Source of the DNA: Patescibacteria group bacterium
GTDB lineage: Bacteria; Patescibacteriota; JABMPQ01; JAQVVF01
Length of the DNA stretch: 64,000 nt
NCBI GenBank assembly: GCA_041662665.1
Contig: JBAZSC010000001.1
Coordinates: 193,511 to 257,510 of the forward strand
Reading direction: 5' to 3'
The position numbers and the translations under genes are program-made. This document shows, piece after piece, positions 1 through 9,159 of this stretch. Position 1 is the stretch's first letter. Every line of letters starts with the position of its first letter. Below the pieces are notes generated by a model that was given only the letters and a program-made list of their open reading frames with translations, had not been told where the DNA came from and searched no databases.

Positions 1-695
1 CGAGCCCTTTCTTCAACATTATTATTAAGCTCTTTTAATTCAACCTCTCCATATCTTCTTTTCAAAGCTAATTTAATCAGCAAATCACAAAATTCATTAT
101 TTTTAGGCAAAACAGATCCATGCATGTATGTTCCAAAAACATTTTTGTATCTTGCTCCTTCAAATCCATCTTCGCCATTGTTACCCCAACCTTTCAAAAC
201 TTTGCCTAATGGTTCAACGCCTTCGCCTAGATATGTTTTTCCAGAATGATTTTCAAATCCAACAATTTTTTTAGAATTAATCAAATTAGATTCGATCAAT
301 ATATTTCCAATCATTCGATCATAGCTCGCTAAAGTTTTAACATTCAAAATTCCTAATCCCAATAATTTTGGTCCTTGATGCGGTTGATAATAATGTCCTA
401 ATAATTGATATCCTCCGCAGACAGTTAAAAATACAGCGCCATTTTCTGCTGCTTGTTTCAAATTTGCTTTATTTTCTCTCAAATCTTTAGACGCTAAAAT
501 TTGTTCTTTATCCTGACCTCCGCCAAAAAAATAAAAATCAAATTTTTCAATATTAACTTTTGCATTAACATCCAAATCAGTTATTTCAGTTTCAATTCCT
601 CGCCATTCACATCTTTTTTGAAAAGCTAAAACATTACCGCGGTCGCCGTAAATATTCATGATACGTGGATACAAGTAGCCAATATTTAACTTCAT
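1..695 (-). CDS. gatD: GatD-like glutamine amidotransferase (CobQ/CobB-type GATase domain), partial. The 3' end runs off the window edge.
   Basis: Minus-strand translation from the ATG at 693-695 reads MKLNIGYLYPRIMNIYGDRGN...GGGQDKEQ...TVCGGYQLLGHYY, a class-I GATase-like fold. It lies immediately downstream of murT, as in murT-gatD operons. Confidence 0.7.
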   Translation of the reverse strand, partial: MKLNIGYLYPRIMNIYGDRGNVLAFQKRCEWRGIETEITDLDVNAKVNIEKFDFYFFGGGQDKEQILASKDLRENKANLKQAAENGAVFLTVCGGYQLLGHYYQPHQGPKLLGLGILNVKTLASYDRMIGNILIESNLINSKKIVGFENHSGKTYLGEGVEPLGKVLKGWGNNGEDGFEGARYKNVFGTYMHGSVLPKNNEFCDLLIKLALKRRYGEVELKELNNNVEERA

Positions 696-799
696 AAAAA
701 TTATCAATTATCAATTTTCAATAAATTTTCAATTATCAATTTCCAACAGGACTTTGAAAATTGAACATTGATCATTTATTGAAAATTGGTCATTGAAAA

Positions 800-2191
800 T
801 TATAGCCAGCTTTGTTTTAAGTATCCCTTTTTCGCAATAATATTTCTTAAATCTAGCATGGAAGAATAAGTAGGCAAAATATATAAAGTTTCACCAGCAT
901 CTAATTTCATTTTAGCCATTTCAAGAAGTTTATCATAATCTTTTTCTAGGCCAATTTTATTCAAATCAAGTCCAGCATATTTGAATCTTAAAACAAGTTC
1001 TTCAGCGCGTTGGCCCGCCACAAAAACATAATCAACAAAATTAATTAATCTTTCAAAATCAACATCCCAAATCCAAGAAATATCTCGACCATCAGGAATA
1101 TTATCATTTAAAGTAATAATCATTTTCTTTTTTTTGCCATCAGTTTCAAGCAATTTGATTACTTCATTAAAGCCAGTTGGATTTTTGACAAGCATTAAAA
1201 TCGCATCATTTTTATCTAACTTAAATTTTTCTAGTCTTCCAAAAGCAGCTTTTGTTTTTTCAATTCCTAACTTTATTTTATCAAAAGAAATATCTAAATT
1301 TAAACAGCAAGCAGCTGCAGCCAAGACATTATAAATATTATAAAATCCAGGCAAAGGAAAATGGACACTTATTTTCTTTGCATCTTCTTGCATCAAAATA
1401 TCAGATCCATTAAAACTATTTAATTTAATTTCTTCTGCTGACAAATTTAAATTAGGCCTAGTTAATCCGCATTTCGGGCAATGATATTTGCCAATATGAG
1501 AATAAAAAAGAGCGCTATAAACTAATGGCTCTTTACAATTTGGACAATTTTTTGAATCTGCAGATTCTGCTATTTTTTCTATTTTATAATTTTCATTATT
1601 AACGCCGTAAAAAAAGATATTCTTTTTATTTATAGCAATACTTGAAACAAGGGGATCATCAGCATTCAAAATAATTTTAGTTTCGCCTGATAAATTATCA
1701 ATTGTCTCTTTCCAAAGTTTTGCTAATTTTTCTAACTCGCCATATCGATCTAATTGATCGCGAAATAAATTCATTAACACAACAACTTTTGGATTTGTTT
1801 GTTTGGCTACCAAAGGCACAGTTGCTTCATCGACTTCAAATACCGCCCAATCATAATTTAATTTGCCATTTAACGAACATTTTGAGAGCAGGCTAGAAGT
1901 CACACCAGACAATAAATTTGCGCCAGCTCGATTATGGATAAACTCAAAATTTTCTTCGTTTAAAATATTTGAAATTAATCTTGTAGTCGTAGTTTTTCCA
2001 TTTGTTCCAGAAACAATAATTACGCCTTTTTTTAATTTTGCGCTTAACTTTGTCAAAACTTGTGGATCAATTTTTCGAGCCAAAAGACCAGGCAAAGAAG
2101 TTGCTTGACCTCGATTTAACGCTCTTACAAAAAAAGACGCTAACTTAGCAATAATAATGGCTAAAAAAAGACGCATTTTATAAATTTTCAA
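800..2191 (-). CDS. murT: Lipid II isoglutaminyl synthase subunit MurT (Mur-ligase family with a Cys4 zinc ribbon)
   Basis: A P-loop (GTNGKTTTT), a Mur-ligase central domain and a CPNCKEPL...CPKCG zinc ribbon are present. It is followed by the gatD partner. Confidence 0.8.
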   Translation of the reverse strand: MKIYKMRLFLAIIIAKLASFFVRALNRGQATSLPGLLARKIDPQVLTKLSAKLKKGVIIVSGTNGKTTTTRLISNILNEENFEFIHNRAGANLLSGVTSSLLSKCSLNGKLNYDWAVFEVDEATVPLVAKQTNPKVVVLMNLFRDQLDRYGELEKLAKLWKETIDNLSGETKIILNADDPLVSSIAINKKNIFFYGVNNENYKIEKIAESADSKNCPNCKEPLVYSALFYSHIGKYHCPKCGLTRPNLNLSAEEIKLNSFNGSDILMQEDAKKISVHFPLPGFYNIYNVLAAAACCLNLDISFDKIKLGIEKTKAAFGRLEKFKLDKNDAILMLVKNPTGFNEVIKLLETDGKKKKMIITLNDNIPDGRDISWIWDVDFERLINFVDYVFVAGQRAEELVLRFKYAGLDLNKIGLEKDYDKLLEMAKMKLDAGETLYILPTYSSMLDLRNIIAKKGYLKQSWL

Positions 2192-2327
2192 TTTCTAATT
2201 ACTAATTTCTATTAAATTATTAATTTTTAATTTCTAAAAACTTTAACCAAATTAAATTATTGTTTAGAAATTGATTAATTGAAAATTTAATAAAAATTAG
2301 AAATTGAAAATTAGAAATTAGTATGAC

Positions 2328-2396
2328 TACCCTCAAGAAGAATCGACCGTAAAAATTTTTCATCAAAAATTTTTACTTTCTCGATCCTCAATCTCA
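2328..2396 (-). pseudogene. tRNA 3'-half fragment. It has an anticodon-arm-like segment, a T-arm and an acceptor 3' strand, with a 31-nt palindromic insertion and no 5' half.
   Basis: The reverse complement reads CAGTGAGATTGAGGATCGAG-[AAAGTAAAAATTTTTGATGAAAAATTTTTAC]-GGTCGATTCTTCTTGAGGGTA. This closely matches the anticodon stem and the T-arm/acceptor 3' end of the adjacent tRNA-Arg, but the acceptor 5' strand and D-arm are missing. Confidence 0.45.
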
Positions 2397-2410
2397 CTGT
2401 GTTTTTTAAT

Positions 2411-2482
2411 TGCCCTCAAGAAGAATCGAACTTCTATTTTGAGATCCGCAATCTCACGCTCTATCCGTTGAGCTATGAGGGC
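2411..2482 (-). tRNA. tRNA-Arg (anticodon GCG as read; the isotype should be checked with a tRNA finder)
   Basis: The reverse complement GCCCTCATAGCTCAACGGATAGAGCGTGAGATTGCGGATCTCAAAATAGAAGTTCGATTCTTCTTGAGGGCA folds as a cloverleaf. It has a 7-bp acceptor stem, a D-arm, a 5-bp anticodon stem TGAGA/TCTCA with loop TTGCGGA, and a TTCGATT T-loop. Confidence 0.75.
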
Positions 2483-2492
2483 CTAAACAAAA

Positions 2493-2514
2493 AGATGATG
2501 TTTAAACATCATCT
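2493..2514 (-). terminator. Perfect 9-bp palindrome agatgatgt-ttaa-acatcatct followed by T-run on the minus strand; probable terminator of the upstream minus-strand gene
   Basis: The inverted repeat is visible in the sequence and sits just downstream of the stop of the 2609..3148 gene. Confidence 0.4.
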
Positions 2515-2544
2515 ATATTTTACATTATACTCACTAAAAATCAA

Positions 2545-2600
2545 GTTTTTGGGACTTCTCGTCAGTTTCCGCGTTTTCCGCGTTAGCTTCCGCGTTTTTC
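2545..2600. repeat. Degenerate tandem 'ttccgcgtt' word repeat (about 4 copies), a member of the ccgcg/cggat intergenic word family
   Basis: The stretch reads tttccgcgttttccgcgttagcttccgcgtttttccgcgtg. Confidence 0.6.
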
Positions 2601-2608
2601 CGCGTGTA

Positions 2609-3148
2609 TTAGAAACCTATTCTTCTTGAAAATTTATCAATTGTACCTTCGTCTTGATTTAAATCTTCAGGTAAAAATTTCAATAGCATTTCTCTTACTT
2701 TCAATGGATTCTGATCTTCAAGCTGAATAACTAATGCTGGAAATAAAGATTGCTTTCTTTTAAAATTCAAAACTTTTAAATCAGGTGGATTGTATAAGAT
2801 CCAAAAATTATCTAAATCATCTTCATATGTATATAAAGTATCATTAATTTTGAAGCCTTTTTTCATTATTGCAACTTTCAAAATATTTGGTTTTCTTTGC
2901 GTATAAATGACAATTACAATAGTAAACAAAACAATTAAAACAGCAAACAAAAAATTCATTGTCCATATTGCATAGACCAAAGTTAATGCAGCTAAAATAT
3001 AAACAACCAAAATCCAAGCCGGATTTCGATCATATTGAATGAATTCTCTTGCTTCCCATTTCATCAAAACATCTTCTTTTTTAAAAGCTAAAACTTTTTC
3101 AGTAGTTGCTGTCTGTTCGACAGGTTTATCTGATAATTTTATTGGCAT
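2609..3148 (-). CDS. Small membrane protein with a two-TM hairpin and a ~90-aa C-terminal domain (possibly a bacterial PH/YdbS-like domain)
   Basis: The ORF has two adjacent hydrophobic helices after a ~35-aa N-terminus. There is no recognisable catalytic motif. Confidence 0.4.
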   Translation of the reverse strand: MPIKLSDKPVEQTATTEKVLAFKKEDVLMKWEAREFIQYDRNPAWILVVYILAALTLVYAIWTMNFLFAVLIVLFTIVIVIYTQRKPNILKVAIMKKGFKINDTLYTYEDDLDNFWILYNPPDLKVLNFKRKQSLFPALVIQLEDQNPLKVREMLLKFLPEDLNQDEGTIDKFSRRIGF

Positions 3149-3216
3149 ATTTCTAAATTAAAATATAACAAATCTATTAATATTATAACACAAAACAAAA
3201 TTATATTAAAATCAAT

Positions 3217-3936
3217 TTAATATAATGTAACGCCTTCTGTTTCTCCATGATTAGTTTCAACATCATATGCATCTTCAAGCTGAGAAAGTTCAATTAAATA
3301 TTTTTCCTGGATCGGATAAACTTTATCGTCAAATTCTTGGCACGAATTATAATTAGTAATGTTTTTAATTTCTTGCAGAAATTTTTCGCCTTCTTGTTTT
3401 GCAATTTCGCCATGATTCTGTTCATGCTTTTCTAAAAGAGCATAAAAAGTATTCCATTTTTGTTGCATGTCAATTGACGCTTCATCATAATTTATCCATT
3501 TTGGCATGATATATTCAATATTTACTTCTGCATCTACCGGAGTGCATCCATTGCCAGTTTTTAGAGGCAATGTCCAATCAATTGCATAATTAGCCATTGC
3601 ATAATATCTTTCAGTGCTTGTTGATTCTGGACCTAATTCTTGCATTTGCTTGTTTAATTCTTCCGCAGTAAAACCAGAAATGTCATAATAAGTAGTTTTA
3701 ATTTCCTCAACTAGTTTGTCATTAACAACAACTTCAGCTTTTTCTTGATTTTTTTCTTCAATATTTTGAATTGTAGCTTCTTTATTTTTTGACGCTAGAA
3801 AAATTGGATAAGCTTTCCATGCAAAAAAAGTTAATCCGAAAATAGCTGTCATCCAAAAAGCAATCAAAAGAACAATTATTAAAATCAAAAAAAATTTGCC
3901 ATTATTTGGTTTTGTTTTTAAATTATTTTTTTGCAA
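3217..3936 (-). CDS. Membrane-anchored hypothetical protein carrying an HExxH motif (putative Zn-dependent peptidase, DUF922-like)
   Basis: It has an N-terminal TM helix and the motif EKHEQNHGEIA (HExxH). Confidence 0.4.
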   Translation of the reverse strand: MQKNNLKTKPNNGKFFLILIIVLLIAFWMTAIFGLTFFAWKAYPIFLASKNKEATIQNIEEKNQEKAEVVVNDKLVEEIKTTYYDISGFTAEELNKQMQELGPESTSTERYYAMANYAIDWTLPLKTGNGCTPVDAEVNIEYIMPKWINYDEASIDMQQKWNTFYALLEKHEQNHGEIAKQEGEKFLQEIKNITNYNSCQEFDDKVYPIQEKYLIELSQLEDAYDVETNHGETEGVTLY

Positions 3937-3942
3937 TTTATT

Positions 3943-5328
3943 TTATTTATTTTTTGGTTCAACGTGGACAATTACTCTTTCCACATTTGTAATATTTTCG
4001 CGAATAATATTTTTTAATTTTGTTGCTTGTGCATGAGATTCTTCCAAAGATAAATTATTATCAGCATAGCAATGCATAGTAATATATAATTTGCCATTAA
4101 TTTTGCGAGCAGAAATATTATGAACATCAGCTAATTTATCAAAATTCTTAGCTAATTCCTGCACTTTTTGATTTATTGTTGAAAGTTCTGCATCAGAAAT
4201 TTTTTCACTTTTCAATTCTTTTGTAACAATTGGATCAATGTGAATATTTAATTCAATCTTGGAATCCAAAGCATCTTGGATTAATTTCTCTAATAAACTT
4301 GCTTTTTCATGCGCTTCTTCTACTGTCAAATCATTCGGCAATTCTAAATCAAAGCTCACAAATTTATTATTATCCAAATTTTCAACGACAATGTCATGAA
4401 TAAACATGCTATTTTTTGCAGATAATATTTGAATAGTTTCAACTATTGTTTCATCTTCGGTTTTAATTGAGCTGGTATGAATTGCTATTTCCGAACCAGG
4501 CACTTTTTTGTTAATTTCTGTTTTTAGGCCATTTACAATTTCATCAACTTTTTCAAGTGAAAGTCTTCGGCTAATTTTTATACCCATATCAATAAAAATA
4601 TTTGGACCTAATGATCTAACTCTAATATAATCAGCAATTATTTTTTCATTTGATTTTAAAATAATTTCATCAACAGTTTCTTTGACGCCTTTTGGTGCAG
4701 TATCAACCAAGACATCAATTGTTCTTTTTCCTAATCTGTATCCTGCAATAAGAACAAAGACTGCTACGCCAATTGCTGCGATTGAATCAGCACCTTTTAT
4801 ACCGAAAGCTACAAAAACCAAGCCTAATAAAACAACTGCCGAGCTATAGATATCAGAATTAAAATGCAGAGCATCAGCTTCCAGAGCTTGGCTATTTGTT
4901 GATTTTGCGACTTTGTATAATGCTCTAGACCTTGAAATATCAATTATTATTGAAATAATGATAATCACAAAAGCATACCATGTTGCATGGACTTCTGTAT
5001 CATGTTCAATTAATCTTTTAATAGCTTCATAAATAATCCAAAAGCTTGTTAGAAATAATAATCCAGTTTCAATCAATGCTGACACGCTTTCTATTTTTCC
5101 ATGGCCATATGGATGATCAGAATCTGCAGGTTTGTCGCCAATTTTTACCGCAAAATAGGTCATAACAGCTGCCACCAAATCTAAAGCTGAATGAGCAGCT
5201 TCAGAAATAATGCCCATACTGCCAGTTAAAATACCAACAACTAATTTCATTGCAGTCATTAAAAAACTTGCGATTACAGAACTTAAGGCAACATTCTCTT
5301 TTTTGTGATTTATATGGTTATGCGACAT
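3943..5328 (-). CDS. Cation diffusion facilitator (CDF) family metal efflux transporter with a duplicated cytoplasmic C-terminal domain
   Basis: It has six TM helices with the CDF signature (SEAAHSALD..., HPYGHGKIE). Two C-terminal domain-like modules follow (residues ~300-380 and ~385-455). Confidence 0.8.
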   Translation of the reverse strand: MSHNHINHKKENVALSSVIASFLMTAMKLVVGILTGSMGIISEAAHSALDLVAAVMTYFAVKIGDKPADSDHPYGHGKIESVSALIETGLLFLTSFWIIYEAIKRLIEHDTEVHATWYAFVIIIISIIIDISRSRALYKVAKSTNSQALEADALHFNSDIYSSAVVLLGLVFVAFGIKGADSIAAIGVAVFVLIAGYRLGKRTIDVLVDTAPKGVKETVDEIILKSNEKIIADYIRVRSLGPNIFIDMGIKISRRLSLEKVDEIVNGLKTEINKKVPGSEIAIHTSSIKTEDETIVETIQILSAKNSMFIHDIVVENLDNNKFVSFDLELPNDLTVEEAHEKASLLEKLIQDALDSKIELNIHIDPIVTKELKSEKISDAELSTINQKVQELAKNFDKLADVHNISARKINGKLYITMHCYADNNLSLEESHAQATKLKNIIRENITNVERVIVHVEPKNK

Positions 5329-5495
5329 AAAATATAAAATTCAATATTAACGTGAATAATATCATTAAATGCGATTTTGTCAATTTCTTATTAATAAAAT
5401 TTTAACATTATTTTACTAATTGTTAAATCTTTCTTCTTATGTTATATTATTTATAAATCTTAAAAATTATTAAAACAAAAATTAAACTAAACATT

Positions 5496-6467
5496 ATGAA
5501 GAAAAAGCAATCGGATTTTTGGGTAAAAGTAAAAAAATTATTTCCTGAATTTACTAAAAAAGAACGACCATCTTGGTATCTTGATTTAAAATGGGTATCG
5601 AGTTTATTATTTTTCATCTTTTTTGTTTCAGCACTTCTTATCTATAATTTTAGCCAGATCGTATCCAAGAAAAATGTCGTAGATCAAATGACAACGAATA
5701 TTCAAACTTCTTTGCAAAAAGAATTGACTGATTTTTTTCAGCTTGCCAATCAATTTTTAGCAACAAATGAAAATTACGTCAAAATAATTTTAAACGAAGC
5801 AAAAAATGAATTAGATAAATTAGCTAAAACTTCAGAAGAAGCTTCGAAACAAACTTCAGAACAAAGTGGCGAAAAAATTCAGCCAATTAAAGGTCTCGAT
5901 TTTTCGATAGATAAAAATCAAATTGATAAATATTCAAAAGAAATAGAAACTGCAATTTACAAAGAAATAGCTAATTCATTGCAAGAGATTCAAGACAAAG
6001 GATTGACCAATGCTACTGACCGCGATCAATGGCAAAAAGAATTGACTGACAAAATTAATTTTCCAAAAATTTATTCTCCTGAATTGCATCGCAAATATGT
6101 TTTAATTTCATCCTTATTATTTTTCATTTCTTTCATACTATTTTTCGGCGCCATATTTTTTAGCTATGCATGGGGCAGAGTTTTTACACCAGGACTTTTA
6201 ATCTTGTTAACTAGTATTCCAGGTTTTTACATATTTAATCGCGCTCATAATTATTTAATCCATTCTTCTTTAAAAAATTTAGCTGACAGCAGTAATTTTC
6301 TGATCCAATTATTTGCTCAAGCAGTTTATGATGCCTTTAATCAGCAGATCAATTCCATCTATTTAGTTTACAAAGTCCTATTAGTTCTTGGTATAATTTT
6401 AATGATCACTGCAATTGCTGGCAAGATCTATCACCATTATAAAAATAAAAAGAAAGCAAAAAAATAA
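5496..6467 (+). CDS. Hypothetical membrane protein (N-terminal TM, central coiled-coil, C-terminal multi-TM)
   Basis: The call rests on the ORF and its hydropathy profile only. Confidence 0.45.
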   Translation: MKKKQSDFWVKVKKLFPEFTKKERPSWYLDLKWVSSLLFFIFFVSALLIYNFSQIVSKKNVVDQMTTNIQTSLQKELTDFFQLANQFLATNENYVKIILNEAKNELDKLAKTSEEASKQTSEQSGEKIQPIKGLDFSIDKNQIDKYSKEIETAIYKEIANSLQEIQDKGLTNATDRDQWQKELTDKINFPKIYSPELHRKYVLISSLLFFISFILFFGAIFFSYAWGRVFTPGLLILLTSIPGFYIFNRAHNYLIHSSLKNLADSSNFLIQLFAQAVYDAFNQQINSIYLVYKVLLVLGIILMITAIAGKIYHHYKNKKKAKK

Positions 6468-6490
6468 AATATATTAAATTCAGTAAACAA

Positions 6491-6518
6491 AAACGCCAAA
6501 ATATTTTCTGGCGTTTTT
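6491..6518. terminator. Bidirectional rho-independent terminator between convergent genes (aacgccaaaatattttctggcgtttttt)
   Basis: An imperfect GC-containing stem is followed by a T-run. A [13 protein letters not shown] hairpin sequence recurs at 13281-13309. Confidence 0.55.
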
Positions 6519-6534
6519 TAATATTAAAAATATT

Positions 6535-6858
6535 TTACCTTAATAAAATTAATAATCCAAATACAACTAAAGTAATCACAAAAATCCAGCCAACAGTAAA
6601 CAAAAATAATTTAACAGCTTCTGTTTTTTGTTTTTCAAGATACAGCATTATCGGTTTTCCAAATACTAAAGATCCAGTAACTGTTGCTGATAAAACAAAA
6701 AGTAGTAGAAAAGCAACCGGTCCTAAATAATTTTTCATCGAACCAAAAACCTTTTCCGCATTATTCATTATTAATGTTACTAAGGCGATATAGATTGTTA
6801 ATCCAATAGCGCTCATAAAACTTAATCCAATAATATTTTCCTTTTTTACATCTGTCAT
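6535..6858 (-). CDS. Small integral membrane protein (3 TM)
   Basis: A hydrophobic ORF in a clean intergenic context. Confidence 0.45.
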   Translation of the reverse strand: MTDVKKENIIGLSFMSAIGLTIYIALVTLIMNNAEKVFGSMKNYLGPVAFLLLFVLSATVTGSLVFGKPIMLYLEKQKTEAVKLFLFTVGWIFVITLVVFGLLILLR

Positions 6859-6867
6859 AATTTTATA

Positions 6868-7524
6868 TTATTTAATAAAAAACATAATTCCGCGATAGGC
6901 GAAGTATATTCCAAAAATCGCAAACAAAACAAACATTATAAAACGACTATATTTCATTGCCAAAATATTAAGTTTCGCCAGTGGCTTGGCCGCCAATTTT
7001 GGAAAAAGTAAATAAAAAAATAAAGGCAAGGTTATCGCTAAAACAAAAAAGGATAAATTCATTATCAAGAAAACAACTTTCCAAAAAATATCAATGTCTG
7101 GAGCGCTAACAGTTTCTTTAGCAGCAATAAAATTAAATAAATCAGCATCAGTATTAGTAACAGTGATTACAACACCAATTAAAAATATCTTCCACAATGA
7201 TAATTCATGAGTTTTGCTTTTATCAACTTTCTTTTCTTTCGTAATCAAAACTTTAATGCCAAAAATTATAAAAGCTAATCCTGCTACTAAATCAATAATT
7301 GCTGAAACCAAAGTCGGTTTTTGATCAGGTGAAGCAATCTGTGCTAAAACAACGCCGAGTATAGTAATGCCAATTCCAATTATTAAAGAACCAAGAAGAA
7401 AAACAAGAGTTTTTGTCTTTGGATTTTTTTTATTGCCCAAGAGCAACAAAGCAATTGCTAAAATTCCTGGACTCAATGTTGCCGCTATATCAAGCGGAAT
7501 TATTTTTGCAAGTAATTCCATCAT
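6868..7524 (-). CDS. Multi-TM membrane protein (GAP/LysE-like small transporter fold?)
   Basis: Six predicted TM segments. It overlaps the upstream gene by 4 nt, which suggests an operon. Confidence 0.45.
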   Translation of the reverse strand: MMELLAKIIPLDIAATLSPGILAIALLLLGNKKNPKTKTLVFLLGSLIIGIGITILGVVLAQIASPDQKPTLVSAIIDLVAGLAFIIFGIKVLITKEKKVDKSKTHELSLWKIFLIGVVITVTNTDADLFNFIAAKETVSAPDIDIFWKVVFLIMNLSFFVLAITLPLFFYLLFPKLAAKPLAKLNILAMKYSRFIMFVLFAIFGIYFAYRGIMFFIK

Positions 7525-8960
7525 ATAATTTTGTTTTTATTTTCTAAAACCATTTTCAAAAAGTTCTCAATATATTTTTTTCCTTGATTATATGGCACAT
7601 GAATTTCTGCATGAAATTGCTCGCCATAAATAAATCGTCTAGTGCTTTTTTGCGCTTGGACATAAGTTGATTTTGCAATTACCTCGAATTCTTCGGCAGG
7701 CTCAGCAACTTCCCAGCTATGAACTTCTGGTGCTGTAAAATTATCTTTAAATCCTTCAAAAATTGGATCTTTTTTCTCAAGCTTTATTTTTGTCATGCGA
7801 GTTTTTGGTTCAATCGCCGAAATATCAGACCAGCCCATAGACCTTGCTCTTGTATATCCATAAGCCATTGCCAAAAATTGATGGCCAGCGCAAATTCCAA
7901 GCAATGGAATGTCAGTTTGCCTGATAATTTCAAATTCGCCATTATGTTCAAACATTGGCAGATTTGGATAATCAGCATTATTGCCAGATAGGATAATTGC
8001 TTTTGGTTTATTTTTTAGGCTGTTCAACATCTCCATCGATACTTCAAAATAGGGAACAGTAACAGTTTTTAAATTAAAATTTAATCCTTCAATATGTTTT
8101 GCTAAATCAGTAAAAGTAAAACCATTATGTTCATTTCCAACAATTAAAACATAATCTTTTTCTGGTACAGTTGGCAATTTTGGCTTGCCAGGTGAATATA
8201 ATATTATTTCATTTAGTTGTGCTGCATAACCAATAAATTCTTTAATTAATAATTTAAAATAACGAGCAGTTACTGGTTTAAAATCAATAATATTTCTAAA
8301 TGTATCATTATTTTTAAATTCTGTACCAGAAATTTCTGTCCAAGTTTTATTATCATTGCTTGTCTGCCAAACAAAATTTTTGAGCCAGCCATCTGCATCA
8401 GTGGGTGTGGATAACATCCAAATTCGTGAAATTTCAATTGGTTTTCCTAAATCAAATTTTACAAAATGTTGATTTTCGCAAGGTGGTGGGCTTTGCCAAA
8501 AAGTTACTAAACCTGGATCATCATAATCAATAATATTTTTGGCATTATAGCCTCCAGAGACTTCGATATCTTTTACTTTTGCTCGCGTCAAATTCATAAA
8601 ATGATCATCTGATTCAATGTCTACAAAAAAACGAGAAACAGTCCAATCACTTTTGCTTGTTTCTGTGATTGCTCGAACTCTCCAATAATATTGTTGTTTG
8701 TCCTTCAAAGAATTTTCTTTTTCAATTTTTTTATCAGTTACAAACTCGCCATTTTCTGGCACATTTTTATATTCAATTAAATTTTTAGAATCAAAATTTT
8801 TATTCGTATCTAATTGAATTTCATAATGCCTATTTTTTGGCCCACCAGTTGCATTGAAAAATGAAAGTAGAGGATCAAGTTCTGTCACAATGACATCCCA
8901 ACTTGGATTATTGTTTAATTTTGGCGGAATAATTTCGTGATTTATTGTTTTTGTTGTCAT
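7521..8960 (-). CDS. Fusion protein: FN3-like N-terminal region, then an F5/8 type C (discoidin) domain, then a class-I glutamine amidotransferase (GATase1) domain
   Basis: The C-terminus has LLGICAGHQFLAMAYG and GEQFHAEIH, the Cys-His-Glu triad of GATase1. The central segment WQSPPPCENQHFVKFDLGKP...ARYFKLLIKE...QLNEIILYS matches discoidin-domain signatures. No signal peptide is present. Confidence 0.6.
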   Translation of the reverse strand: MTTKTINHEIIPPKLNNNPSWDVIVTELDPLLSFFNATGGPKNRHYEIQLDTNKNFDSKNLIEYKNVPENGEFVTDKKIEKENSLKDKQQYYWRVRAITETSKSDWTVSRFFVDIESDDHFMNLTRAKVKDIEVSGGYNAKNIIDYDDPGLVTFWQSPPPCENQHFVKFDLGKPIEISRIWMLSTPTDADGWLKNFVWQTSNDNKTWTEISGTEFKNNDTFRNIIDFKPVTARYFKLLIKEFIGYAAQLNEIILYSPGKPKLPTVPEKDYVLIVGNEHNGFTFTDLAKHIEGLNFNLKTVTVPYFEVSMEMLNSLKNKPKAIILSGNNADYPNLPMFEHNGEFEIIRQTDIPLLGICAGHQFLAMAYGYTRARSMGWSDISAIEPKTRMTKIKLEKKDPIFEGFKDNFTAPEVHSWEVAEPAEEFEVIAKSTYVQAQKSTRRFIYGEQFHAEIHVPYNQGKKYIENFLKMVLENKNKII

Positions 8961-9087
8961 ATTTTTAAGTTAAAAATCTAAAGTCAAAAATTAAAAATAT
9001 TTAGAATTCGCTATTCTCATATTATCATATAATTATTTGTTAGAAAATTTATTCTTTGCTATACTAATTTTAAGTGAAATTCGCAAC

Positions 9088-9137
9088 GATTCGCATATTC
9101 GCAACATTTGCATGTATTCGTAAATTCGTATTATATT
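9088..9137 (+). promoter_or_regulatory. Promoter/operator module: ATTCGCA direct repeat, then TTGCAT-N17-TTATAT (copy A, upstream of gadC)
   Basis: The 50-nt block gATTCGCAtATTCGCAacatTTGCATgtattcgtaaattcgtaTTATATttt is nearly identical to 24360-24410. Confidence 0.55.
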
Positions 9138-9159
9138 TTAAAAATAAAAAACAAAATTT

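Noticed and set aside
2545-2600. Possible CRISPR array (ttccgcgtt repeats) and similar word repeats elsewhere
   Set aside because: The units are 8-10 nt with no regular 25-40-nt spacers, and no cas genes are present. They fit the intergenic word-repeat families instead.
2399-2629. Plus-strand ORF (76 aa) from the ORF track overlapping the tRNA-Arg and the ttccgcgtt repeat
   Set aside because: It reads straight through an obvious tRNA and a low-complexity repeat (…FRVFRVSFRVF…). It is an artefact of the repeat.
7719-7991. Small ORFs on both strands inside the GATase-fusion gene
   Set aside because: They are nested within a long, motif-supported CDS.
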